From positions 1 to 45,915 of the forward strand of contig JAUWGT010000002.1 in NCBI GenBank assembly GCA_030606265.1: a stretch of 45,915 nt of DNA, written 5' to 3'. Shown piece after piece: positions 8,727-16,902 of the stretch. A program made the position numbers and the translations under genes. Position 1 is the first letter of the stretch, and each line of letters opens with the position of its first letter. Source of the stretch: Candidatus Stahliibacteriota bacterium (GTDB lineage Bacteria; Hydrothermota; Tepidihabitantia; SM23-42). Below the pieces are notes generated by a model that saw only the letters and a program-made list of their open reading frames with translations, ran no database searches and was not told the DNA's origin.

Positions 8727-10454
8727 ATGAGACTCAGTGTTTTTATCTTATTGTTTTGTATTAGCCTTTGTATGGCGGTCATTCCGCTGCCTGGTTCACC
8801 GTCCTGGACATCAAACGATAATGATTATTCAACCGGCGGTGCTTTATATGACATTACCATGGACGGCTGGATTGATTACTGTACAGGTAATGGAAATGAT
8901 ATGGCCATGAATACAAATGCGATATACATTAACCAAAACGGAATTTTGGAATCCAGCGCATCATGGCGTTCTACAGAGGCCGGGTATTTTTCGCATATCT
9001 ATATTGGCGACGTTGATAATGATGGTTTTCCTGATATGGCAGTAGCTTATCTCGGATTCGGCGCAGCAAATCAGGGGCCTACGAGTATTTACCGAAACAC
9101 TGGTAATGGTTTGGACCAGGATGCCTGGTGGACATCAGCTGATCAATACAATTCTTTTGATTGTGCATTTGGTGATGTCGATCTCGATGGTGACCTGGAT
9201 CTTGCGGTTGCTGCTGGTGATGCTTACTCGGCGCTTGAGTCGCCTACCCGAGTATACCGGAATAATAACGGTAGTATGGAAACAACCCCATACTGGACAT
9301 CGATTGATTCTACGCCGGGCGATGCCTGTCGCTGGGTGGATTTGGATAATGACGGTTATCTCGACCTGGTCGTTGGTTACCGGCACAAGCTTGCAGCTTT
9401 TACTAATATTGGTGGCACGCTTGAACAAACAGCATCATGGTCAACCGCTGAACCGGGTTGGATTCTGAGGATCGCGGTTGGAGATTATAATAATGATGGT
9501 TATAAAGATATCGCGGTGGCGAGTAATGGTCAGTTAGGTGGTGATGAGAGCCAGATTGAGGTATACAAGAACGATAATGGCGTACTTCAAACACCACCGG
9601 AATATGTTATGTTAACATCAACAAGTTACTGTTCGTGCGTTGAGTGGGGTGATGCGAATAATGATGGTTGGCTAGACCTTGCCGCAGGTGGCTGGTGGGA
9701 ACCAGTGGTCGTTTTTGAAAACATTAATGGCACAATCAACACGACGCCGGCTTGGTCGTGGAGTGGTGGTTCTGGTCTGGTATGCGAGACTGTGATGTGG
9801 GGGGATGTACGCAACCACGCATTGAATGCGGTCGATGAATATAAAAGCGGTGACGGTACGCGCCAGTTATTTAGTCTCACTCGCCATCCGATTCAGGAAC
9901 TGGAACAGATCATGGTTGATGATTCGATTCTGCAGTTTGCCGATTTTACCCATGATCCGTTGACTGGATGGGTTTCTTTTGCAAATGCACCTCCTTCGGG
10001 TTCTGACAATATCAAAATAACATATACTTATACCCAGTATCCCGACCTCGGAGTGACCAACTGGAATGCGTCTAATGGCAACTATCTTTTCAGCAATACA
10101 ACGGGCATTAAAGAGTATGAAATCGTCCGGCATGGAGCCGCGTTGAAACTCGATGTTTTTCCAAATCCATTCTCAAGGCTGACAAAAATCTACTTTGAAA
10201 ATGTGCATCCCGATAGGATGACACATTCATCCTACGGGACAGGCAGCGCAGAGGGCATAGAGCTAAAGATATATGACACGAGCGGAAGATTAGTGAAAGA
10301 ATTTTTACTGCCTACTGCCTACTCCTTACTGCCTACTGTTCTTTCCTGGTCTGGTACCGATGATAAGGGACAGAAATTACCATCCGGTGTTTATATAATT
10401 GAACTTAATACAGGTAAACAAATTGCACGTAAGAAGGTGGTTATCACGCGGTAA
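8727..10454 (+). CDS. FG-GAP/VCBS repeat protein with T9SS C-terminal sorting domain
   Basis: Signal peptide MRLSVFILLFCISLCMA. Repeated GDVDNDGFPD, GDVDLDGDLDLAV, VDLDNDGYLDLVV, GDYNNDGYKDIAV, GDANNDGWLDLAA motifs. C-terminus FPNPF...IYDTSGRLV...SGVYIIEL...KKVVITR. The track start at 8685 overlaps the previous gene; ATG 8727 follows GAGGTGAAG. Confidence 0.75.
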   Translation: MRLSVFILLFCISLCMAVIPLPGSPSWTSNDNDYSTGGALYDITMDGWIDYCTGNGNDMAMNTNAIYINQNGILESSASWRSTEAGYFSHIYIGDVDNDGFPDMAVAYLGFGAANQGPTSIYRNTGNGLDQDAWWTSADQYNSFDCAFGDVDLDGDLDLAVAAGDAYSALESPTRVYRNNNGSMETTPYWTSIDSTPGDACRWVDLDNDGYLDLVVGYRHKLAAFTNIGGTLEQTASWSTAEPGWILRIAVGDYNNDGYKDIAVASNGQLGGDESQIEVYKNDNGVLQTPPEYVMLTSTSYCSCVEWGDANNDGWLDLAAGGWWEPVVVFENINGTINTTPAWSWSGGSGLVCETVMWGDVRNHALNAVDEYKSGDGTRQLFSLTRHPIQELEQIMVDDSILQFADFTHDPLTGWVSFANAPPSGSDNIKITYTYTQYPDLGVTNWNASNGNYLFSNTTGIKEYEIVRHGAALKLDVFPNPFSRLTKIYFENVHPDRMTHSSYGTGSAEGIELKIYDTSGRLVKEFLLPTAYSLLPTVLSWSGTDDKGQKLPSGVYIIELNTGKQIARKKVVITR

Positions 10455-10578
10455 ACGTCATGCAAAAAAACTGTTTCATATGTGCATTGTTGATCGTCGC
10501 AAAAAAATATTCGAAGATAAACGCAGCGAGTCGAGATTTAGCTATATGTATATTGCTATATACATATAGGGAGGTAAA

Positions 10579-10662
10579 ATGCGTGCAGAGAAATTAAACG
10601 AGATCGCCAGATACGGTCAAGAATATATCAACGTATCGGTAAAAGCATTTCATATTAAATGA
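10579..10662 (+). CDS. Candidate 27-aa upstream ORF translationally coupled to the next gene
   Basis: ATG 4 nt after GGGAGG. MRAEKLNEIARYGQEYINVSVKAFHIK. Its TGA overlaps the ATG of the next CDS (ATGA), and that CDS has no SD of its own. Confidence 0.25.
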   Translation: MRAEKLNEIARYGQEYINVSVKAFHIK

Positions 10663-11597
10663 TGCTTCAAAGAACAAGTTTATTGATAGTTGCTTTTGCA
10701 TTTATGGTTCTTTCGATAATCAATTGCGGTCGTGCAGTAGAAAATAGTGATGAAAGACCTCGGGTCATATTCATACACCGTGAGGAAATAACCGAGGAGT
10801 CCGAAGTTTTCAAGATTACAGATGAGGACTTTAAAGAGCATATGAAGAAGCTGAAAAAGAAAGTGCCGATCGGTTTTACCATCATCGTTCAAAAACCCTT
10901 TGTGGTCATTGGTAATGAATCAACCGCTATCGTAAAACAGCGTTCAGAAAGAACGATTAAGTGGACAGTCGATATGCTCAAGCAAGATTATTTCAGTAAG
11001 GACCCTGACAATATCATTGATATCTGGTTATTCAAGGACGAAGAGAGTTATTACAAATATGCCAAAGAACTCTTTGATGACGAGCCGACAACACCATTTG
11101 GGTATTTCTCAGAAGTGGAGAATGTTCTGGTAATGAACATAAGTACAGGCGGCGGTACTTTGGTGCACGAGATCGTTCATCCTTTTATGCATGCGAATTT
11201 TCCTGAGTGCCCGCCTTGGTTTGATGAAGGTTTGGCGTCTTTGTATGAGCAGTGTCAGGAAAAAGACGGTCATATTACTGGTTTGACCAACTGGCGGCTC
11301 GAGGGTCTACAGGATGCCATTGAGCAGTCGAGCGTGCCTTCATTCAAAGCCCTGACTGATATGGATGCACATGATTTTTACACAAAGGACAAAGGAACTA
11401 ATTATGGTCAGTCACGATATTTATGCTATTATCTTCAAGAAAAAGGGTTGCTTATTGAATTTTACCGAGAGTTTTACAAAAATCGAAAAAAGGACCCCAC
11501 GGGTTATAAAACCCTAAAACAAATTCTGGGTGAAGACAATATGCTTGCTTTCCAGGAAAAATGGCAGGTATATGTGCTCAAGCTGACATTCCCGTGA
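10659..11597 (+). CDS. Lipoprotein with HExxH zinc-peptidase-like motif
   Basis: Signal plus lipobox (SIINC). LVHEIVHPF followed by WFDEGLASLYE (HExxH...E arrangement as in MA-clan-like peptidases). TGA stop. Confidence 0.55.
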   Translation: MMLQRTSLLIVAFAFMVLSIINCGRAVENSDERPRVIFIHREEITEESEVFKITDEDFKEHMKKLKKKVPIGFTIIVQKPFVVIGNESTAIVKQRSERTIKWTVDMLKQDYFSKDPDNIIDIWLFKDEESYYKYAKELFDDEPTTPFGYFSEVENVLVMNISTGGGTLVHEIVHPFMHANFPECPPWFDEGLASLYEQCQEKDGHITGLTNWRLEGLQDAIEQSSVPSFKALTDMDAHDFYTKDKGTNYGQSRYLCYYLQEKGLLIEFYREFYKNRKKDPTGYKTLKQILGEDNMLAFQEKWQVYVLKLTFP

Positions 11598-11656
11598 TTT
11601 ATTCATGATTTGTTGAGGAGTTTAGATTACTGCTGATGTAATACAGGAGGAGTATT

Positions 11657-12349
11657 ATGTGTGGAAGGTTTGTGCGTAGATGCACGATCGATGAAGTCAA
11701 GGAAGAGTTCGAGGTCTGGGACATCCAGTGGGCGTTTGAACCCAGTTATAATATCGCGCCGGGGCAGGATATTGCTGGTGTCGTCGGGAAGAATGGCGAA
11801 AAACAATTGATAAAGTTAAGATGGGAGTTGATTCCGTTCTGGGCAAAGGATGAAAAGATCGGTTACAAAATGATCAATGCCCGATCAGAGACCCTTGCTC
11901 AAAAACGGAGTTTTGCCCGATCTTTCAAGACCCGGCGCTGTTTGATCGTCGCCGATGGGTTTTATGAATGGCGCGTGGAAACAAAGATCAAAATTCCTGT
12001 GTATGTTCGTCTTTGTTCAGATAAACCATTCGGCTTTGCCGGTCTTTACGATACATGGAAAGCCCCCGATGGTCAGAAAATAGTATCGTGCACGATCATC
12101 ACAACTGAACCCAATGCACTCGTCAAGCCTATTCATAACCGCATGCCGGTAATTATTGAAAAAGATAAAAGAACGATGTGGCTGGATATCAAGATCGAGG
12201 ATCCTGAAGTCTTGATGCCGTTGCTCAAGCCGTATAATGCAAGAGATATGAAAGCCTATGAAGTGACCCGTATGGTCAATTCACCGAAGTTCAATTCAGA
12301 AGACTGCATGAAACCTGTCATCACTCCGAAGAAACAGGATCTTTTTTAA
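11657..12349 (+). CDS. yedK: SOS response-associated peptidase (SRAP, abasic-site DNA-protein crosslink protein)
   Basis: Diagnostic N-terminus MCGRF (catalytic Cys2), NIAPGQ, MINARSET, ADGFYEW, HNRMPVI. AGGAGGAG SD. Confidence 0.9.
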   Translation: MCGRFVRRCTIDEVKEEFEVWDIQWAFEPSYNIAPGQDIAGVVGKNGEKQLIKLRWELIPFWAKDEKIGYKMINARSETLAQKRSFARSFKTRRCLIVADGFYEWRVETKIKIPVYVRLCSDKPFGFAGLYDTWKAPDGQKIVSCTIITTEPNALVKPIHNRMPVIIEKDKRTMWLDIKIEDPEVLMPLLKPYNARDMKAYEVTRMVNSPKFNSEDCMKPVITPKKQDLF

Positions 12350-12367
12350 TATTCGTCTAATAAGAGC

Positions 12368-12395
12368 TTGACAATTCCAGAATTGTATATATAAT
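12368..12395 (+). promoter_or_regulatory. sigma70-type promoter, TTGACA / 16 nt / TATAAT
   Basis: Consensus -35 (12368-12373) and consensus -10 (12390-12395), followed by an AT-rich ~100-nt leader before the PurF-like CDS. Confidence 0.5.
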
Positions 12396-12495
12396 ATAGT
12401 GTATATTATATTTTTTTGCTCTATATATAGTGTAATAAATCGATGTCATTGTATATTTGCCAGATAATAAATAATTCAATAAGGGGGTTTTGCAA

Positions 12496-13908
12496 ATGAG
12501 CGGTATGGTTGGTTTTTTTTCAAAGAAAGACTGCAAAGAAGATCTTTTTTATGCTACAGATTATCATTCGCATTTAGGTACTTCATATGGTGGGATCGCA
12601 ATCTATGATGGTAAGAGACTCCAGAAAAAGATTCATACGATCTCCAAAGCCCAGTTTAAATCGCGTTTCAGTGAAGATATTGATTTCACCAATATGAAGG
12701 GGCGTGCAGGACTCGGTGTTATCAGTGACCGAGACACTCAACCTTTGATAATGAGTTTGAAGTTTGGCGAATACGCCATCTGTGGTGTTGGCTATATCGA
12801 TAATCAGGATAAGCTTGCCCGACAATTGATTAAAGAAGGTGTTGTTTTTTCTGAAATGCCCAATGGTAAGGTTAACCAAATCGAACTGGCGGCAAAACTC
12901 ATTAATAAAGGGAAAACCCTCATCGATGGTATCGACTACTTACATGACAAAATCGACGGTTCTTTATCATTATTGCTACTCGGTAAAGAAGGCGTTTATG
13001 CAGCCCGTGACAGGTATGGACGGAGTCCATTAGTTATGGCAGTGCGAAGAGGCGATAAGATAATCGTTTCAGAGACCTGTTCATACAAGAACCTTGGATT
13101 TAAGACCAAGAAGTTCCTGGGTCCTGGTGAGATCATTTTAATTAGTGATGGCAAAGTGAAACAGTTGAAAAAGCCGGGTAAGATCATGCAGCTGTGTACG
13201 TTCCTCTATGTATATGCCGGGTTTCCCGCTTCAGAATACGAGGGTAAGAATGTTGAGGAGTTCAGAGAGTGTTCAGGGAGGACAATCGCACGCCGGGATA
13301 GGGTGAAGGTTGACCTTGTGGCTGGTGTTGCAGATTCTGGTACTGCATACGCTCACGGCTATGCGCACGAATCAGGTGTGCCCGTGCGTATCCCTTTGCT
13401 CAAATACACACCGGGATGGGCGCGGAGTTATGTACCGCCATCTCAAGAAACAAGGGATAGGGTGGCGCTTATGAAGCAGATCACTGCCGATGCTTTGATT
13501 AAAGATCAGCGTATGGTAATAACTGAAGATTCTATTGTGCGGGGCACGCAGCTGAAAAACTTTTTGCTCGTTAAGTTGTGGGATGCTGGAGCAAGAGAGA
13601 TCCACGTGAGACCTGCCTGTCCAGCACTCATGTATCCGTGCAAATACCTTTATTCAACGAGGCGGCTCGATGAGTTGTTTGCCCGAAGAGTTCTGAAACG
13701 TATGTTTGGTAAACACATAAAAAATATTGGATCGTATCTTGATCCTGATTCAAAACCATATAAGAAAATGCTCAAGCTCATGGAGAAAGATCTGAATGTG
13801 ACGTCATTACGGTATCAGAGATTAGAGGATATGCTTTCAGCAACTGATTTGCCCGCAAAACGGTTATGTACGTATTGCTGGACCGGTAAGGAAATAGGCG
13901 AACAGTAG
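12496..13908 (+). CDS. Amidophosphoribosyltransferase (PurF)-like protein with degenerate glutaminase domain
   Basis: PRPP-binding loop VITEDSIVRGTQL, ADSGTAYAHGYA, and Cys positions resembling PurF 4Fe-4S ligands (CTFLYVYAGFPAS, PC, CTYC). The N-terminus is MSGMVGFF instead of MCGIVG. AAGGGGG lies 8 nt upstream of ATG 12496. Confidence 0.7.
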   Translation: MSGMVGFFSKKDCKEDLFYATDYHSHLGTSYGGIAIYDGKRLQKKIHTISKAQFKSRFSEDIDFTNMKGRAGLGVISDRDTQPLIMSLKFGEYAICGVGYIDNQDKLARQLIKEGVVFSEMPNGKVNQIELAAKLINKGKTLIDGIDYLHDKIDGSLSLLLLGKEGVYAARDRYGRSPLVMAVRRGDKIIVSETCSYKNLGFKTKKFLGPGEIILISDGKVKQLKKPGKIMQLCTFLYVYAGFPASEYEGKNVEEFRECSGRTIARRDRVKVDLVAGVADSGTAYAHGYAHESGVPVRIPLLKYTPGWARSYVPPSQETRDRVALMKQITADALIKDQRMVITEDSIVRGTQLKNFLLVKLWDAGAREIHVRPACPALMYPCKYLYSTRRLDELFARRVLKRMFGKHIKNIGSYLDPDSKPYKKMLKLMEKDLNVTSLRYQRLEDMLSATDLPAKRLCTYCWTGKEIGEQ

Positions 13909-13919
13909 AATTATAGCCC

Positions 13920-13947
13920 TTGACAGAGTTTTAATTTCGGTTAAAAT
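13920..13947 (+). promoter_or_regulatory. sigma70-type promoter, TTGACA / 16 nt / TAAAAT, for the cold-shock gene
   Basis: -35 at 13920-13925 and -10 at 13942-13947, leaving an ~80-nt 5' UTR as is typical of csp genes. Confidence 0.45.
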
Positions 13948-14033
13948 ATAATCAAGCTATACCGTAAGTTGGAGGATGTGCACGTTACATATCCTTTTTC
14001 AACAAAATGAGTAAAGCTTGAAAGGAGAAATAA

Positions 14034-14249
14034 ATGCCAACCTACGGAAATGTGAAGTGGTTTGATGGTAAGAAGGGATACGGTTTCATTGAGAAAGAAG
14101 ATGGGTCAGGTGATGTTTTTGCCCATTATGCAGATATTGCAGGTGATGGGTACCGGACCCTTAGAGAAGGCGAGAGAGTTAAGTTCGAAATTACCGATTC
14201 CCCAAAAGGGGAGAAAGCCACACAGATTGAGCGTGTTGAACGCGAATAG
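14034..14249 (+). CDS. csp: Cold-shock protein (CspA family)
   Basis: GNVKWFDGKKGYGFI (RNP1) and DVFAHY (RNP2); 71 aa; GAAAGGAG SD; terminator follows. Confidence 0.95.
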   Translation: MPTYGNVKWFDGKKGYGFIEKEDGSGDVFAHYADIAGDGYRTLREGERVKFEITDSPKGEKATQIERVERE

Positions 14250-14262
14250 AAACAAACAAATC

Positions 14263-14287
14263 AAAAGCCCCCGAATGGGGGCTTTTT
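14263..14287. terminator. Bidirectional Rho-independent terminator
   Basis: AAAAGCCCCC gaat GGGGGCTTTT between convergent csp and the DUF1625-like gene. Confidence 0.85.
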
Positions 14288-14322
14288 GATTGTAAGGCAG
14301 AAATCATTCACCGTTGAGTTTT

Positions 14323-14628
14323 TCATGACTTGACGGTTTTTTTCTTCCGACCGACAAGCAGGTAGATTACCACGATCACTATGATAATGAGAAGAATAAG
14401 CGCAATCGTGTTGTGAAAGATCATCGAAATAAGAATGGTGATTAAAGAAAGAACAAGGGCGATAACAAAGGTGATTACACCGATTAACCCCCGACCAACC
14501 TTGCCTAAAAATGGTAGGACATCAAGGAATGCACTTATCGGTCCGAGTATAAGAGAAAGGCCGATCCACATCAGTACGAAGCCAACGATCCTCAATATCC
14601 AGCCCATTACTTTGTGCTCGGTTTTCAA
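14323..14628 (-). CDS. DUF1625/TMEM43-like protein, C-terminal membrane segment (downstream of an in-frame TGA; pseudogene or recoded)
   Basis: Three hydrophobic helices. The reading frame stays open and in phase all the way up to 14850, directly after the TGA at 14851-14853 that ends the upstream segment. Confidence 0.55.
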   Translation of the reverse strand: MKTEHKVMGWILRIVGFVLMWIGLSLILGPISAFLDVLPFLGKVGRGLIGVITFVIALVLSLITILISMIFHNTIALILLIIIVIVVIYLLVGRKKKTVKS

Positions 14629-14850
14629 TTGAACTATCGCTTCATCCTTTGTTCCGGTAAAAGCCCGGTAAAGTCGGGTTTTACCTTTATGGTAGTAGGT
14701 AACGATTTCTTTACCGTTCAGTTTACCAAAAAGGGTTACCTTTATTCCTGCATGAACTCCTTTAAAACTTATCCGGAGGTCACCGACCCTTGGATTTCCG
14801 TATGACCCTGATCCCTTGAATACATAGTCACTGCCGATCAGCCTTACATC

Positions 14851-15375
14851 TCAATGTGCGATGGCGATATTTCTATTTAGTTCAATGTTTTCCGATTTGG
14901 GTAATGTGGCTGTTTTATTATCAAAAGAATATATGCCGATTTTAGCTTCATCTACATAAAAGGTTTTCGGCCTTACTAACATCGATGGATTTTCATGGTC
15001 CTCTGGTATTTTAAATTCACTCGATTCCTGCGGATTTGATGTCCAGGCTTTTTCATAACGATAAGTTGTTTTTTCTTCAGTGCCACCACCGGTTTTTTTC
15101 TTTGTTTCGGTTTCGGTTTCTTCAATCCAGGCATACATCTCCACGATGCGGTCAAGCATGATGTATTTTCCCGGTTTCAGGTATTTGGTGTCACCGAGCA
15201 ATTCATTCGTTTTAATGGGTCCGGTCAAGGCCACCAGTTCACCTTGCGCAGATGATTGAAGTGATTTATGGTCTACGGCAATAGCTTTTTCAGCGACCGT
15301 ACCGAGATTGACCCGACCTTCACTGTTCCATAAGACCACAAATGAAACGATGAACATAATGGCGCCGACAAGCAC
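14851..15375 (-). CDS. DUF1625/TMEM43-like protein, N-terminal segment (ends at in-frame TGA 14851-14853)
   Basis: TM helix then LWNSEGR motif typical of the family. The frame stays open upstream to 15459 and encodes YTEVKKTGWGQNIVKSIIG, which is family-like, but has no canonical in-frame start there. Confidence 0.55.
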   Translation of the reverse strand: MLVGAIMFIVSFVVLWNSEGRVNLGTVAEKAIAVDHKSLQSSAQGELVALTGPIKTNELLGDTKYLKPGKYIMLDRIVEMYAWIEETETETKKKTGGGTEEKTTYRYEKAWTSNPQESSEFKIPEDHENPSMLVRPKTFYVDEAKIGIYSFDNKTATLPKSENIELNRNIAIAH

Positions 15376-15483
15376 ACCTATTATCGACTTTACGATATTC
15401 TGTCCCCAACCAGTCTTTTTGACCTCAGTATAAACATCAGGTATATAACCTCCCTTTTGCTAGGTCACTATTTATATTCAAAA

Positions 15484-15511
15484 AGTATAATTATTTATTG
15501 AAAATATGCAA
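15484..15511 (-). promoter_or_regulatory. sigma70-type promoter (minus strand), TTGCAT / 16 nt / TATACT
   Basis: Reverse complement of 15506-15511 and 15484-15489, upstream of the AAGGGAGG SD of the DUF1625-like gene. Confidence 0.35.
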
Positions 15512-15565
15512 GTGCATCCTTGGTAAGATTAAAAACCACAAGGTGGTGTGTAAATATGTTGCGAG

Positions 15566-16183
15566 CTAACGGATTCTTAAAATAAATCCTGTATCATTGA
15601 TATAGATATCGACAGTATCTTGGTTCCGGTACTGGAATGCCCCGATACCATAAGCGGCATCGATAAACGGTATCTTATTACCATGCTTCAGTAGAAATCT
15701 CCACAACTTAGTCTCCGGCTGTATTTGATAGACTGAAGCTGTTTGCTTTTCAGGATCTGACCAGCGTCCGGTAAATCTTGTTACTTGATAATAAGAACCC
15801 GCGCCTAACCATCTTAACGCAAGACCCCATCTCAGGAAATACCCTTCGATCATCCATTGCTCACCGGATATATTGAACCAGCGATGCTGATCTTTCACTG
15901 CATTATAGAAAATTACTTCTGTTGTCCCGCTATCTCTTTCTGCATAAACCCAACCCAGTTGATGTTCGTTGGTATACCGTGAAAAAGTCTGGAGGAATAG
16001 CGAAAGGTAAATGAATGATGTTGCAAAAGCAAATAATACTAGAAAGACAATAAATGAAGATATGAATTTTCTAAAGGTCGTTTTCTTTTTTACTAAATTA
16101 ATAATAGTAGTAATAATTACAACGATAGAAACGACCAGCAAGATAATACCGACCAAACCTATTATTAATGTGAATTTATCCAT
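15566..16183 (-). CDS. Membrane-anchored hypothetical protein (2 TM helices + soluble domain)
   Basis: 205-aa ORF with TAG stop, directly downstream of the rubredoxin gene on the same strand. No family recognised. Confidence 0.5.
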   Translation of the reverse strand: MDKFTLIIGLVGIILLVVSIVVIITTIINLVKKKTTFRKFISSFIVFLVLFAFATSFIYLSLFLQTFSRYTNEHQLGWVYAERDSGTTEVIFYNAVKDQHRWFNISGEQWMIEGYFLRWGLALRWLGAGSYYQVTRFTGRWSDPEKQTASVYQIQPETKLWRFLLKHGNKIPFIDAAYGIGAFQYRNQDTVDIYINDTGFILRIR

Positions 16184-16210
16184 TTATTCCTCGCGTGGAT
16201 TATGATAACA

Positions 16211-16387
16211 CTACATTTCTTCTTCGTTCACATAGGGCGCGAAGAGGTCACTTGCCGCACTGCAAACCGGACAGACCCATTCATCTGGCAAATCCTCAAA
16301 AGAGGTGCCCGCATGGATGCCATTATCAGGATCGCCAAGTTGAGGTTCATACACATAATTGCAGACAGTGCACTGCCACATGTTCAT
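16211..16387 (-). CDS. Rubredoxin
   Basis: Not in the ORF track (58 aa). [58 protein letters not shown] carries canonical CxxC...CPxC iron ligands and GDP/FEDLPD motifs. AAGGAG lies 7 nt upstream. TAG stop. Confidence 0.9.
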   Translation of the reverse strand: MNMWQCTVCNYVYEPQLGDPDNGIHAGTSFEDLPDEWVCPVCSAASDLFAPYVNEEEM

Positions 16388-16416
16388 TATAATTCTCCTT
16401 TATCCATCAGCCTAAG

Positions 16417-16444
16417 ATTCTAATAAAAATATGAAACCTGTCAA
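16417..16444 (-). promoter_or_regulatory. sigma70-type promoter (minus strand), TTGACA / 16 nt / TAGAAT, for rubredoxin
   Basis: Reverse complement of 16439-16444 (-35) and 16417-16422 (-10). Confidence 0.45.
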
Positions 16445-16472
16445 TAGGTTAGAAAAAGCTTTCATGTTTGGC

Positions 16473-16500
16473 TTGACAAGTCGATAATTATACCTAGACT
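16473..16500 (+). promoter_or_regulatory. sigma70-type promoter, TTGACA / 16 nt / TAGACT
   Basis: Divergent from the rubredoxin promoter. The ATG at 16516 lies 15 nt after the -10. Confidence 0.4.
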
Positions 16501-16515
16501 ATCTTCAGTTGGAAT

Positions 16516-16902
16516 ATGTTTAGTTACTTTAGAGTATTCTTCAAAGCTTTTGGTCGCATGCTCAGACGCTGGCCGAGACATGTAGAAAAGAAGATGGTGC
16601 CATTGATCGAACTCATGAAACAGAAAGAGTACAAAAAAGCAGGTAAAGAAATTGCCTATATCTCGCTAGATCTTTGCGCGCAGCTTGAGAGCAAAAAACT
16701 GAAGCCTAAAGAGGCAGATGTGTACTTCACATATTTGTTGGATATCATGGATCTTTCTGTTGTGCCATTGCAAAAAGAAGTCAAAACGCTGATCCTTGAA
16801 GGGAATGTTCTTCGTGATTACGGTAAGAAATTCGGTGCTGATATTAACCGTATGAGAGAGCTTGCGAACGATATAATCGGAACCCATGACGAGAAAAAAT
16901 AG
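16516..16902 (+). CDS. Hypothetical protein (128 aa)
   Basis: ORF with TAG stop overlapping the next gene by 17 nt. Start uncertain (ATG 16516, 16558 or 16594). No family recognised. Confidence 0.4.
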   Translation: MFSYFRVFFKAFGRMLRRWPRHVEKKMVPLIELMKQKEYKKAGKEIAYISLDLCAQLESKKLKPKEADVYFTYLLDIMDLSVVPLQKEVKTLILEGNVLRDYGKKFGADINRMRELANDIIGTHDEKK

